A DNA stretch of 64,000 nt from an uncultured Gammaproteobacteria bacterium. GTDB lineage: Bacteria > Pseudomonadota > Gammaproteobacteria > CAWCPV01. The DNA is taken from assembly GCA_963797555.1 (NCBI GenBank), contig CAWCPV010000005.1, positions 128,001 through 192,000 of the forward strand, given 5' to 3'. The translations under genes were made by a program, and so were the position numbers. Under the pieces are notes generated by a model, which worked only from the letters and a program-made list of their open reading frames with translations, was not told where the DNA came from and searched no databases. Positions 31,793-43,203 of this stretch are shown here, piece by piece; positions within the stretch are counted from its first letter, which is position 1; every line of letters begins with the position of its first letter.

Positions 31793-34334
31793 TCAGCCGC
31801 CCGGTAGGCTTGGCAAGACGTAGGTCACTTCGCATGCTCGCGCAGGCAACGTCGACCTTGCCGCTGCGGCGCCCGGAGCTTGCGGAGAGATGGAGTCCAG
31901 CCCTCTGAGACGCAACGAGTTCGCGACCACCAGTAGCGAGCTCGCCGCCATGCCCAAAGCCGCTGCCCACGGCGGAACCAGCCCGAACGCCGCAGCCGGC
32001 ACGGCCGTCAGATTATAGCCGACGGCCCAGAACAGGTTTCCCCGGACTACGTTGCGCGTTTTCCGGGCAAGCTGGATCGCCATCGGAATAGCGCGCAGGT
32101 CGTTGCCCGTGATGATGAAGTCGCTCTGCGACTGAGCAAGGTCGGTCGCCCCCTCGAAAGACAAGGAAACATCCGCGGCGGCCAAGGTGGGCGCGTCGTT
32201 TACCCCATCTCCCACCATGAGCACGGTCCTCCCTTCCGCCTGCTGCAGCTTGATCCACGCCAGCTTGTCCTCCGGGGTCAGCGCCCCGACAGCCTCCCCG
32301 ACCCTCAGCGAACTCGCCAGTCGATGCACGCTCGCCGCACTGTCCCCGCTCAGCACCGCCAAGCGACGTATGCCCCCGCGCTCAAGGGCGCGCAGCGCTT
32401 CTTCCGCGCCAGGCCGCACCTCGTCACGCAGCGCGAATAGTGCCTGAGGCTCGCCCGCGGCGCCGAGCAAGACCACCGTGTGGCCCGAGCTGCCGAGCCG
32501 CTGCAGCTTGTCGCGCAGTGCGTCGCTCGACGCCCGACCTTGGAGCACGAACTCCGGTGTCCCCAGCCGCCAGAGCACGCCGTCAATGATCCCGGAGACG
32601 CCCCCTCCCGGCAGGTTGCGTACGCCCTTCACAGCCAGTGGGGGCGAGTCAACGCGACGCAAAGCCCGCGCGATGGGATGCTCGGAAGCGCCCTCCAGAG
32701 CGCCCGCGACTGCCTGGAGGAACGCCCGCTCGCGGTCTCCGAGCCTCTCCACAGCAACCAACCGCAGGCATCCCCAGGTCAGGGTCCCAGTCTTGTCGAG
32801 GGCTACGACATCCGCGTTTGCCAGAGCGTCCAGGGCCGTCATGCGCACCGGCAGGACGCCGCCCCGTGCAAACCGTCCAGCGGCCACCGAGATGGCTACG
32901 GGCGTCGCAAGCGCGAGCGCGCACGGACAAGTGACGATCAGCACCGCGATGGTATTGCTCAGGCATGCCGCCGCATCCAGCCACAGCCAGACCAGCAGGG
33001 TGGCTGCCGCCGTCAATAGCACCGCGCCGACGAACCACGGTACCGCGCGCTCAGCGAGTGCGGCCGCGGGGGGACGCGTGCGCATGGCCTGACCCACGAG
33101 CCGCTGTATCTGGGCCACAGTGGATGCATCCGCGCTGCGCACCACCTCGATGACCACCGGCTGGTCGTGGTTGCGCGCCCCGCCCCGGACGGGTCCGCCG
33201 GGTCCTCGTTGCACCGGTTGCGCCTCGCCGGTCAGCAGCGACTCGTCGAAGCTGCTGTAACCCTCCCGGACCACGCCGTCCGCCGGCACGATCTCTCCGG
33301 GACGCACCCGCACGCGCTCTCCCGGCATCAGGTCCACCGCCGCAACGGTGCGCTCGCCACCTTCCGCGTCCAGGCAGCGGGCGCCCGCCGGCACAACACG
33401 CGCCAGACGGTCCAGGGCGGAGGCCGCGGCCAGAACGTCCGCGCAGCTCCAGCACGCGGGCCAGCAGGACGAAGAACACGAACATGACGATACCGTCGAA
33501 GTACACTTGGCCATGCTGGAGCACCGTCGCGACAAAGCTGCCCAGCAACGCGCCCCCCAGGCCCAGGACGATGGGAACGTCCATACCCAGGCGGCGGTGC
33601 CGCAGGTCACGCCAAGCCCCGACAAGAAATTCCTGGCCGGAGTACCCAAGCACGGCCGCGGACACTAACAGGCTGCTCCAGCGCCCGATGACCTCCCACA
33701 GGGGAAGCGGCCCTGCGCCCGCCGGCTCTCCCATCAGGTAGCTGGCAAGAGCGAAGTACATCACCGGCATGCCTGCGAGCCCCGCGAACATCAGCCGCTC
33801 GGCACTGCGTCTGCGCTGATCGGCGGCGAGTTGCTCGCGGTGGGCGGGATCGAAGGGGTGTGCGGTATAGCCAATGGCGGAGATGGCCCGCAGGATCCCA
33901 CTCAGTTCGATACGGCTTGGGTCCCAACGGACTCGGGCACGGTGGCTGGTATAGTCGATATCCGCATCGAGCACCCCCGGCAGCCGCCGCAGGTGCTGTT
34001 CGTTCAGCCAGAGGCAGGCGGGACAGCGGATCTCCTCCAGCAGAAGCTGAGCTTCCCGGGCCGACCCGAGGTCCCGGACAAAGGTGCGCTGGATCTGCGG
34101 GTGGTCATAAAGGGTCAGCCGACTTCCAATCTCCTCGGGGACGGGGGACGTCGGCCGCGCGTTCGAGATCTCCCGGTATCGGTAGTAGTCCTCCAGTCCG
34201 GACTCGACCACGGTCCGGCACACCGCGTGGCATCCGGGACAACAGAACGCCCGCTGCTCGCCGAGCACGTCGAATAGCCAACGGGCTCCCGGCGGAACGG
34301 GCAGGCCGCAATGGAAGCAGCTTTCCAGGCTCGT
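31793..34334 (-). CDS. ccoI: CcoI/FixI-type P1B heavy-metal ATPase (frameshift ~33440; start codon reads ACG)
   Basis: CFHCG, FCCPGC, CPAC, TGE, TCPCAL, DKTGTLT, GDGVND over two frames. Confidence 0.85.
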
Positions 34335-34376
34335 CGTCCTCCCGCGCCGCCGGAGCGCCGCGGGTCCCCACAGAGA

Positions 34377-35036
34377 CTACGGGGAAAGGCCCGCGTAGTA
34401 GGCCGCCAGCAAGTCGATCTCCTGGTCGGTCAGCTCTGTCGCCATGAGGCGCATGCGGCTGTAAACGTCGTTGGCGCGCTCGCCGGTCTTGAAGGACTGC
34501 AGCGTCTGCTTCAGGTAAGCGCTGCTCTGAGCCGCCAGAGCCGGCACGTCGATCACGTTCCCTTGGCCACGGCGCCCGTGGCAGTAGGCGCACGCTGGGA
34601 TGAAGCGGGCCCCGTCCCCGCGCCGAACGAGACCGTCGACCTGGCTCGCGTCACCACCCGCCGCCTTCCCCGGAGGAGTGGGCAGTGCAGCATAGAATGC
34701 CCCCAGGTCGGCCATGTCCCGATCGCTGAGCCCCTTCGCGAGCGCACCCATGATGGCGTTCTTGCGGCTGCCGTCCTTGTAATCGCGCAGCTCTTTGAAG
34801 GTGTAAGCGCCGATTTGGCCAGCCAGATGCGGATACGCAGGATTCGCGCTCACGCCCTGCGCGCCATGGCATCCAGCGCACTGCTGTGCCAACTCCTTAC
34901 CCTTGACCGCGTCTCCCCCATCCACCAAGCGCCGGGTCTCCGGCGTCCAGGCCACCAGCGAGGAAGGAGCGGCATAGGCCTGGTGGACGCTCGACACCAA
35001 CAGTGCAGCCAATCCCAGTGTATAAACGTTCTTCAT
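34377..35036 (-). CDS. Diheme cytochrome c4-like protein
   Basis: Signal peptide; CAGCH and CAYCH; PxLAGQ-type motifs; distal Met residues. Confidence 0.92.
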   Translation of the reverse strand: MKNVYTLGLAALLVSSVHQAYAAPSSLVAWTPETRRLVDGGDAVKGKELAQQCAGCHGAQGVSANPAYPHLAGQIGAYTFKELRDYKDGSRKNAIMGALAKGLSDRDMADLGAFYAALPTPPGKAAGGDASQVDGLVRRGDGARFIPACAYCHGRRGQGNVIDVPALAAQSSAYLKQTLQSFKTGERANDVYSRMRLMATELTDQEIDLLAAYYAGLSP

Positions 35037-35038
35037 GT

Positions 35039-36658
35039 TCAGATCCCCCACGCGGTCGGATTGAAGGTCTGCATCATAAAGAACTGCAGAATGGGATAGC
35101 CGTAGTCCACGGCCATGTAGGCCAGCAGCAGCCAATTCCATAGGGCGAAGCCATTCAGCGCGGCCGGCAGCTTGAGCACGGGATGGACCGCCTCTGCATA
35201 CTCGACCTCACGTTTGGCTTCCACCAGACCATTGCGATGGGTAAGGAACAGATTCAGGGCGAAGAGCACGCCGGAGACCAGCAACACCCCTCCGCCGAGG
35301 ACCATGAGCAGGTCAAAGGGCGCCCACTGCGCCACCAAGTCGCTGGCGTAAGGCGCCCAGGCGATGCGCCGGGGCTCCCCCTGAAGACCGTTGATATGCC
35401 AGGCGGTGCTCAGGATGACCATCCCGATGAACCAGAGCCAAATCTGGGTCACGGCCATGGGTCGGGAGGAGAGCTGTCTGCCTGTCAGCTTGGGCCACAG
35501 GTAATAGCCGATGGCGAAGTACATGATCACGGTGGTGCCGGCGAAGATGAGATGGAAGTGAGCCGGCACCCAGGAAGTATTGTGCACCATGGCGTTCATG
35601 GCATAGCTCGCGTTGATGACGCCACCGAATCCTCCCAGGATGAGCATCAGCAGTGCGAGGAGCGCCGCGAGCACCATGGGGTTTCCCCAAGGCAGGGCAC
35701 CGATCCAGCCGAAGAGTCCCCGGCCCCCGCGCATCTTGCCCGCGATCTCGAGCGAGGCGATCACCGTGAACCCGGTGATCAGCGTCGGCACAGCCACCAT
35801 GAAGGTACCGAAGCCATGAAGCAGCTTCCAGCCCGAGGCCTGGAAGGGATCCATGTAGAGATGGTGGAGCCCGATGGGCAGGCCGAACAGCAGCAGCATG
35901 AGGAAGGCGATACGGGCCATCTCGTCGCTGAACAGACGCCCGCCAGCCTCTTTGGGCACCAGCGTATAGAGCGCGATATAGGCCGGAATCAGCCAGAAGT
36001 ACACGATCGGGTGCAGGGTCCAGGAGAACAACGTGCGGGCAAGCCCGGCATCTACAGTCTGGGTCCAGCCCAGCGACCACGGGATCAACTGCAACACGAC
36101 TTCCGACGCGACGCCGGCGCTGGTCCATATCCACAGCAGAGCGTTCGTCGTGTTCGCGAACATGGGCAACGGAACAGGCTGACCGGGATTGGCGCGTTTC
36201 CACCGCACCGTCATCACGATCATGATCAGCACCCAGAACCAGGAGCCGACGACCAGCAGCGCCGCACCGATGTAAAAGGCCCAGTGGGCCTGCAAGGGCG
36301 GGTAGAAAGTGTAGAGCACCGATGCGTGTCCCGTGAGCAGGGGGACGGCAGCCATCAGGGTCCCCACCAGGGCTACCGCGAAGCCCAGCCAAGCCAGCGG
36401 TTTGCCCCAGATGGGCTGGTTCAAGCTGGTCGCGGCAATGTAGTAGCCGAAACCCATGATGAAGAAGGTGGTAAATACGAAAGCCATGAGCACACCGTGG
36501 ATGCTGACCGAGGTGTAGTACCCCATGGCCGATTCGAGGCCGGAGATGATGCCGCTGCGCTCCAACACCTGGTAGAAGCCCAGGAAGGCTGCCGCAAAGA
36601 ACGCGATGACTCCGACCCACAGGTGGGTCAGGGTGAGGGCAATCGGTCTATCGCTCAT
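35039..36658 (-). CDS. cbaA: B-family (ba3 / b(o/a)3) heme-copper oxidase subunit I
   Basis: IHGVLM, WTLHPIVYFW, GLHHLY, PAHFH. Confidence 0.93.
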   Translation of the reverse strand: MSDRPIALTLTHLWVGVIAFFAAAFLGFYQVLERSGIISGLESAMGYYTSVSIHGVLMAFVFTTFFIMGFGYYIAATSLNQPIWGKPLAWLGFAVALVGTLMAAVPLLTGHASVLYTFYPPLQAHWAFYIGAALLVVGSWFWVLIMIVMTVRWKRANPGQPVPLPMFANTTNALLWIWTSAGVASEVVLQLIPWSLGWTQTVDAGLARTLFSWTLHPIVYFWLIPAYIALYTLVPKEAGGRLFSDEMARIAFLMLLLFGLPIGLHHLYMDPFQASGWKLLHGFGTFMVAVPTLITGFTVIASLEIAGKMRGGRGLFGWIGALPWGNPMVLAALLALLMLILGGFGGVINASYAMNAMVHNTSWVPAHFHLIFAGTTVIMYFAIGYYLWPKLTGRQLSSRPMAVTQIWLWFIGMVILSTAWHINGLQGEPRRIAWAPYASDLVAQWAPFDLLMVLGGGVLLVSGVLFALNLFLTHRNGLVEAKREVEYAEAVHPVLKLPAALNGFALWNWLLLAYMAVDYGYPILQFFMMQTFNPTAWGI

Positions 36659-36668
36659 GGGTCTCTCC

Positions 36669-37166
36669 TCACGCGCCCGCGCCCTTTGGAACCACCGTTA
36701 CACGACCCCACATGTAATGGTGGCCGAGCCCGCAGTATTCGTTGCACACGGCGGGATACTCCCCGGGGTACGGAAACTCGGTGGTCACCTCCGAGACGAA
36801 TCCGGGAATGATCATCGTGCTCATGTTGGTCTTCGGGATGTGGACCCCGTGGATCACGTCGAAGCTCGCCAGGCGGAACGTCACCTTGGTCCTCGCGGGC
36901 ACCTTCACATGTTGGGGGTAGAAGCCGTAGCGGGCCGCGACCATCGTAACGGTGACCGAGCCGTCGGGATTGGTCTTCGCGCCCAGCTTGTCTTCCGCGA
37001 ATTCATCGCTGAGATGCAGGCGCGCGGAGTCGATGGTGACCACGTTGCTAGGCGGGTGGATACCCCGCGCGAACGCGGTGAAGAAGATCACGCCGAGCAT
37101 CACAGCGACCAGCAACGCGATCAAGTAGAGACCCTGTTTCTCCAGTCGGTCGACATGTATGGGCAT
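36669..37166 (-). CDS. cbaB: B-family oxidase subunit II (CuA)
   Basis: Single TM; DVIHG; CNEYCGLGHHYM. Confidence 0.93.
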   Translation of the reverse strand: MPIHVDRLEKQGLYLIALLVAVMLGVIFFTAFARGIHPPSNVVTIDSARLHLSDEFAEDKLGAKTNPDGSVTVTMVAARYGFYPQHVKVPARTKVTFRLASFDVIHGVHIPKTNMSTMIIPGFVSEVTTEFPYPGEYPAVCNEYCGLGHHYMWGRVTVVPKGAGA

Positions 37167-37176
37167 GGCGCTCCCC

Positions 37177-37320
37177 TCAGCTCACCGGGCCGTGGCTCAG
37201 AAACACGCCGAAGTACATGTAGAGCCAGGCGATACCGAATAGAATGATGAATATCAGGTAGATGGTCCAGGTGCCACGACACGGTCCCTTCAGCACTGCC
37301 TTCTCTTCTTCCTCGCTCAT
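37177..37320 (-). CDS. cbaD: B-family oxidase subunit IIa-like small protein
   Basis: 47 aa, PxRGT plus a single TM with W..Y, first gene of the cba operon, GAGG RBS. Confidence 0.7.
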   Translation of the reverse strand: MSEEEEKAVLKGPCRGTWTIYLIFIILFGIAWLYMYFGVFLSHGPVS

Positions 37321-37535
37321 TTTTCCGACCTCTCCTAGCCTTGCGACCGATTCGAATATGAGAATATGCGCGACTTCTACTCGCTTGTTTTCGAACGCGA
37401 TCATAGATAACATCCGCACCGGCATCAGTCAACGAGCAAGAACACGGGGGTCTGAGCGCCCCCGCTTGGGCTCCGGCAAGGAGGCGACGTGCCCGCATGC
37501 ATGTGCCCGCTGCGGCGCCACAGAGGGGGACTCCC

Positions 37536-39929
37536 ATGAGCATCCGAAACGCTGTAATGGCTTCCGCGCTCGCGGCGGGAGCGATCGGCTGGGCCGCACA
37601 GCAAACCCAAGCGGGGACCGCTGCCGGCGCGGAGGCTGCGGCCGATAGCCATCGGCCGAAACACGATTACAACATCACCATCAACTACGAGCTCGGCATG
37701 CACTGTACCGGGTTCGACTTCTCTTACTGCTGTGTGCTGCCGCCCTACAACTCCATCCAGAGCCAGGTCGTCAAGACGGCGAGCGGCCCCACCGACATAC
37801 CGCGACTGCTCCGGGCGGACCCCAAGGATCCCACGGTGCTCGTGGATGGCGACAAGCGCATGAAGCTGGCATACGGCCACATTGACAACACCTATTCCGA
37901 GGGGACCAAGCTCGCTTACTGGACGGTGCCCTATGACGTGAACGGCGCCGACGGCAAATACGAGGCCAATGAGGACGTCGCCAACGCATACTTCGACCAT
38001 CTTTACATCTACAAGGATTTGGAGGGGAGCAACCCCAAGGGCACCAGTAAGGACGGCGACAAGCTGTATGTGGGCCGGCAGATCGTCATCAAGCGCGACA
38101 CCGGGCCGACCGGGGCGCCGCTCAAGGGTGGTTACCCGGACTACTCCGGTGAGAAGGGGACCATCGTGTTCACCAAGTCGCCGGTGCTCGACAACGTGCC
38201 TATCGTGCTTACCAACCCCGGCATCTGGGACGCGCTGGGCCTGCCCCTGACACCGTTCTGGGACAGCATGATGATGAAGAGCTCGATCACCGTCGTCGAG
38301 AGCGACATCCGGCCCTATCAAGAGGCGTGGGTCACACTGGTGGACGCCCAGAACGGGCGGCCCGTCATCGACAGCCGTAGCGGCAAGCCCGAAACTTTCA
38401 TCGGTACCAATCCCATCGACATGCCCAATTGTTCCAATTGCCACTCCAACGAGAACGCGAACGGCGACAAGTACTCCCTCTACAAGGCAGAAAAGGGCTT
38501 TTGGAAGGGTCTAGGGGGCGAGCGACTACATCGCCAACTTGAAGGCGACCTCGGTGTCGATCCTGCAGATCCACGACGCCAAGCATGGCACGAACTTCAC
38601 CGCTAAGTACGACCCCAACAGCCGCGCCACTTCCAACCGCCTCGGCCGCGTCCGGTTCTCTGCCAGAAGTGCCACGCCGACAACGTGATCGCTGTTCTGC
38701 AATCGAAGGGCATCGCGGAGGCGGTAACCGGCAAGAAGGCGCCCAAGGACATCCCGCTGGTGCCCCTGTCACAGGCGTTGCGCTATGCCCACCAGACGAT
38801 GCGGCCCCTGCCCGACTCCCAAGGACGTAGCGGCACCTGTGCGGGTTGTCATCCGGCCCATCGCCAGGATGGTTCGCTCGACGGATACCCCGTGACGGCG
38901 AAAGGGCTCAATACGTATGCCAAATCCGACAACCGCGACACCAAGGGCGGCTGCTTCGCGGGACGCGACGTGCACTCGAACCCCAACAAGGACAGGGACG
39001 GGGTCGGCACGCCGGAGCACCTGACGGCCATCGGTCAGTGGCTCCAGGCGAACGTCTCCAAGATCGGCGACGGCGAGCACGGCAAGGGGTTGTGGTGCAC
39101 CAACTGCCACAACCAACTGTCCCGGGAGCTTTACCAGCGCGACCACATCACCCAGGCATTCCGTCAGGAGGGCGAGACGTTACGAAACAAATCGCTGACC
39201 GAGATCGCGAAGGCCCTCGGGGTGACCGAGAACGACTTGGCCGCCAAGTATATGGACCCGAAGGTGGTAATTGATGCGGCAGGCCACGACACTCCCGGCA
39301 AGTCCGGCATCCTGCTCACATGGGCACAGGAGAGGCTCGTCCCCGACATCGCAGTCATCGCTACCAAGGGTGACCAGCCTCTGGTGCACAAAGACGAGGA
39401 CGGAGACCTCAGCGTCACCATATTGTCCGCCGATCCCAAGGTCGATCCCAAGTCCCTCAAGTTACCCGAAGGGGCCACCGGGGCAGTGTCCTACCAGGCC
39501 GCCACCAACGGCCGCGACTACTGGCTGTCACCCGGTGCCCCGCACTGCGCCGACTGCCATGCGGCCCCGTACGTGGAGGGTCAGGGTGGAGTGGCTTTCC
39601 CGATCAATCAGCCCGGGAAATATAGCCTCATGCGTTACTCCAAAGGGCACGCCGGCCTCGCCTGCCAGGCTTGCCATGAGTCCATCCATGGGCTGTATCC
39701 GGTGACGCCGCGCATCGATCCGACCACGTACCGGCAGGCGGCTCAATACAACCCCGACGGCAGCCATGGTCCGCTAGTGTGCGGTGCGTGCCATCAGACC
39801 AACGCCTCCGGGGTACCGCTCATCGCCAAGGGTCTGACGTGGAACGGCAAGCCTATCGACAAGGACTTCGATGCCGCCGTGTCGTGGATGCATGCGAGCG
39901 CGCCGGACTTGGGGGGCAAGATTCCCTAG
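37536..39929 (+). CDS. Large secreted multiheme cytochrome c (7 CxxCH), interrupted by two compensating frameshifts
   Basis: Signal peptide; CSNCH, CQKCH, CAGCH, CTNCH, CADCH, CQACH, CGACH; ORFs 37497-38606 and 38685-39929 share one frame and 38519-38648 reads open in a shifted frame. Confidence 0.85.
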
Positions 39930-40037
39930 GGCCCATGACACCAGCGCGGCGACGCGCGTCGCCCGACGGGTAAGGGGGCTAGCGCTCCTGTCCCGTTTTC
40001 GTAGGGCGGGCGGCTGAAACCTGGGGGTGATGAACGA

Positions 40038-41327
40038 ATGCTATCGAAAGAGAGGAGTCCCCGGTGCTTCGCCCCGGGCCGTGCAGCCGCCCTAACGGCT
40101 TGCTTGAGCTTGGCGGCCCTACCTTGCCGACTGCCGGCCGCGCAGGTGCTGGCCGTTGTGGGCGGACAAACGGTGACAAGCACGGATCTGGCACAGGCAT
40201 TGGCGAGTGCACCGTTCGCCACGCAGTTTCCCAGCATGGACGAAGACGCTCAGGCGGCTCTGCGGGGGGACATGTTGGTGCGGCTGGTCAACGCCCGGCT
40301 CCTCTACCGGGAGGCACAGGCACTGGGAATCGACAGAACGTCCGAATATGCTCGGGACCTGGACGAGTACCGTAAGGGCCTTCTGTACCAGCGGTACCTC
40401 CACCGAGTACGGGATCATGTCCCAATCCCCAACGATGTCAACGTCTCGATACGGGAGAAGTACAAAGGCGACGCCGACGCTATCGTTGCCGCCCGCGCCG
40501 TTTTCGTCGCCGGGCATTACGAAGAGACCAAGAATGCCAGTCTCGACGAGCTGCGGGCTCGCTACCACGTGCGCACCTACGCATCACGCCTCCTCGGGTC
40601 ACCGTCGCCGGACACCATTGTCGCAGAAGGCGACGGCTTCACAGTGCGTTACTCCGATCTCAGTTCGCCCGGCGCGGCCACCAGTGAGGAAGGGATGTCG
40701 TTGGCGGACCGATTGCAGGATCGGCTGGAGATGTCGCTGGGGGTCAGGGCTGCCCAAGAGCAGGGCGTCGATGTGAGCGTCGCGGTGGAGGAATATGCTC
40801 GCTTGAGCATGGCCCGCCTATTGCTCGCGCGCAAGGAACGCGAGTGGGTACCCGACGACACTTTGCTGCGGATCTACTTCCATGCTCACCCGGAGATAGG
40901 CCGTATCCCGGAACGTCGTCACATCGCCCAGATCGTGGTCGCCACCCGCGCGGAGGCAGAGGCGCTACGCGGCCGAATCTCTAGCGGCGAGGGGTTCTTC
41001 GTCCTTGCCGAGCGGTACAGCATCGACCCATACGGGCGGGCGCACGCCGGTGATATGGGATGGCTTCGGGAGGGGACGGGCATGTCCCAGATAGAGCACG
41101 CGTTGGAGGGTTTAAAGGAGGGCCAAGTGAGCGATGTCGTCGAGACACCGAAGGGCTATCACCTGGTGACCCTCATAGACCGCTTGCCGGAGCAGCAGGA
41201 AAGCTTCGCCGCCGTCCATGACCGCATAAGGCGGGCGGTGCTGGCCGAGCATCTGCCGCAGTATCTGGTACAACTGGCACAACGCTATAAAGTGGACTGG
41301 AAGGTGCCGATCCAAGGCGACGGCTGA
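40038..41327 (+). CDS. PpiC/parvulin-type peptidyl-prolyl isomerase with SurA-like N-terminus
   Basis: AQIVV, FFVLAERYSID, GDMGW, VETPKGYHLV. Confidence 0.88.
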   Translation: MLSKERSPRCFAPGRAAALTACLSLAALPCRLPAAQVLAVVGGQTVTSTDLAQALASAPFATQFPSMDEDAQAALRGDMLVRLVNARLLYREAQALGIDRTSEYARDLDEYRKGLLYQRYLHRVRDHVPIPNDVNVSIREKYKGDADAIVAARAVFVAGHYEETKNASLDELRARYHVRTYASRLLGSPSPDTIVAEGDGFTVRYSDLSSPGAATSEEGMSLADRLQDRLEMSLGVRAAQEQGVDVSVAVEEYARLSMARLLLARKEREWVPDDTLLRIYFHAHPEIGRIPERRHIAQIVVATRAEAEALRGRISSGEGFFVLAERYSIDPYGRAHAGDMGWLREGTGMSQIEHALEGLKEGQVSDVVETPKGYHLVTLIDRLPEQQESFAAVHDRIRRAVLAEHLPQYLVQLAQRYKVDWKVPIQGDG

Positions 41328-41333
41328 AACGCG

Positions 41334-41911
41334 TCAACGCGCGTTCAACTGAGGCGCCACGTGCCCCCTGAAGGTTTCGTCCTCGAACGGTCCCTGGCGC
41401 AGGTAGCTCCTTCGTCCATCCCTGCCTAGTACGACGTTAAAGGGCAATGTCTGCTGCGGGTCTCCCCACGATGCAAGCAGGGACGCGGCCTCGGTCGGGT
41501 CGGCCACGAGCACCGGATAATTGATGCCCAGCGTTCGAGCAACGTTTCTCAGCCTTCGTTGCTGATCCAGCCCCACCCCCACCACCTGCAGGCCCTCGCG
41601 GCCGTAGTCCTCCTGATCCCTCACCAAGTCGGGTATCTCATACAGGCAGGGACCGCACCATGTGGCCCAGAAGTTGAGAACAATGACCTTGCCCCTCCAG
41701 TCCCGGAGGTCGTGCCGCGTACCATTGAGATCGGGCAGCGTCAGTCCAGGTACCTCCCGGGCGCCGCCGCCTTCACGCGAGGCGGCACTCGCCGCGGCAC
41801 GGCACCCGATTGCGCCTGCGCTGCCGCCTGACTCACCAGCAGGCACGCCCCCCACAGGACGGCCAGCACTCTTGCGTCAGGAATCCGTCTCCGACGCGAC
41901 CAACTCCTCAT
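41334..41911 (-). CDS. TlpA/ResA-family thiol-disulfide reductase (probable frameshift ~41790)
   Basis: VLNFWATWCGPC; the signal-peptide-like MRSW..LAVLWGACLLVSQAAAQA is in another frame. Confidence 0.8.
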
Positions 41912-42015
41912 GCTGCGTCCTTGGCCTGGGACCTTGTACAGAGCCACACACGCACTGGCCGCCCTGGCTGACCGCCGCGCAGTCGCCTGCACAACAGACT
42001 CCGGCCCCCCTCCGG

Positions 42016-42058
42016 AAAAAACGAACGGGCGGCCGTCCGTAGACGGCCGCCCGTTCGT
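42016..42058 (-). terminator. Strong intrinsic terminator
   Basis: Perfect 17-bp stem ACGAACGGGCGGCCGTC-cgta-GACGGCCGCCCGTTCGT with a U-tract on the minus strand. Confidence 0.85.
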
Positions 42059-42077
42059 CGTCAGCGCGAACGCGGAG

Positions 42078-43203
42078 CTAGAACCTGTACCCGACACCCG
42101 CACTGATGGCCCACGGGTTGACCCCGAGATCCAGGCTGCGAGTCTGGCCATTGGTCTTAAGCTTGACCGAGGTGTCGATCGAGAATGTAACGCACATCGA
42201 AGTTGAGGAACCAGTCGTGGTTAACCGCGAAGTCGACGCCGAACTGCCCCGCCGCACCCCACGAGTTGCTGGCGTCGACCGAGGTGGGACCACCCAAAGC
42301 CGCATTCAGACTGTTTGTCGCATTTTCGTCCCAAAAGAACGTGTAGTTCACGCCCACGCCGAGGTAAGGCCGCACCACCCCGCCGGCGTTGAAGTGATAC
42401 TGCAAACTGAGGACGGGCGGCAGTTGCGTTATCGTCGCGACCGTACCCAACGCGTTCAGGCTGCCCCCGCCCACGATGTCGTGGTGGAAGGGCACCGCGC
42501 CCAGCAGCTCGACCCCGATGTTGTCCGTCAGCATGTAGGTGAGGGTGAACGTGGCCGACGAAGCTGGATCCACCTGCAACTGAGCGCCCGCGGGCAGGCC
42601 CTGCACGTTGCTGGTATCGCTATTGGGCTTCACATACGTGCCCGTGAGCCGAACCAGCCAGCGGGGCAGTGGCGCCGGCGGTGGCGCTGGCGGTGGCGGT
42701 GGCGTGTATTTGACGGTCTCCTTGATCACCAGGATCTGCACTTCGGCTCTACGGTTGGGCGCCAGGCACTCGATGAGCTGGGCGCGACCGCGTACGCCTT
42801 CGCAACCCACTACCGGGTCGGCCTCACCCATCGCCTTCGCCTCGATCTTCGAATCGGGAATCCCGTGGTCCACGAGATACGCCTTGACGGAAGCGGCGCG
42901 CGCCTGGGACAACCTCATGTTGTACGCATTGCTGCCCAGGCGGTCGGTGTACGCCAGAACCCGGACGTCGTGTGCCTCCTTGTAATGTTGCAACTTCGCT
43001 ACGACTTCGTCGAGCTTCTGCTTGCCTGCCGGTTTCAGGCTCGCCTTGTCGAAATCGAAGTGGGCATCCGCCTGCAGCGTGATCCTCTCCTGAACCACCT
43101 CTTCCTTCATGGGCTGGTCCGCTGCAGCCCCCGCAGCCAAACCGAGGGTCGAGTAACTGGACACCGCGGCCACCGCGGTGTACGCCCATAAGCGTTGTTT
43201 CAT
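42078..43203 (-). CDS. Fusion of OmpA-like peptidoglycan-binding domain, Pro linker and OmpW beta-barrel (frameshift ~42185)
   Basis: FDFDKA, YTDRLGS, YNMRLSQARA, NRRAEV; then TYMLTDNIGVELL, LPPVLSLQYHF, RPYLGVGVNYT; C-terminal GVGYRF in the shifted frame. Confidence 0.88.

Noticed and set aside
41915-42005. Cys-rich peptide VCCAGDCAAVSQGGQCVCGS on the minus strand
   Set aside because: No start codon or RBS, and it lies immediately after a strong terminator
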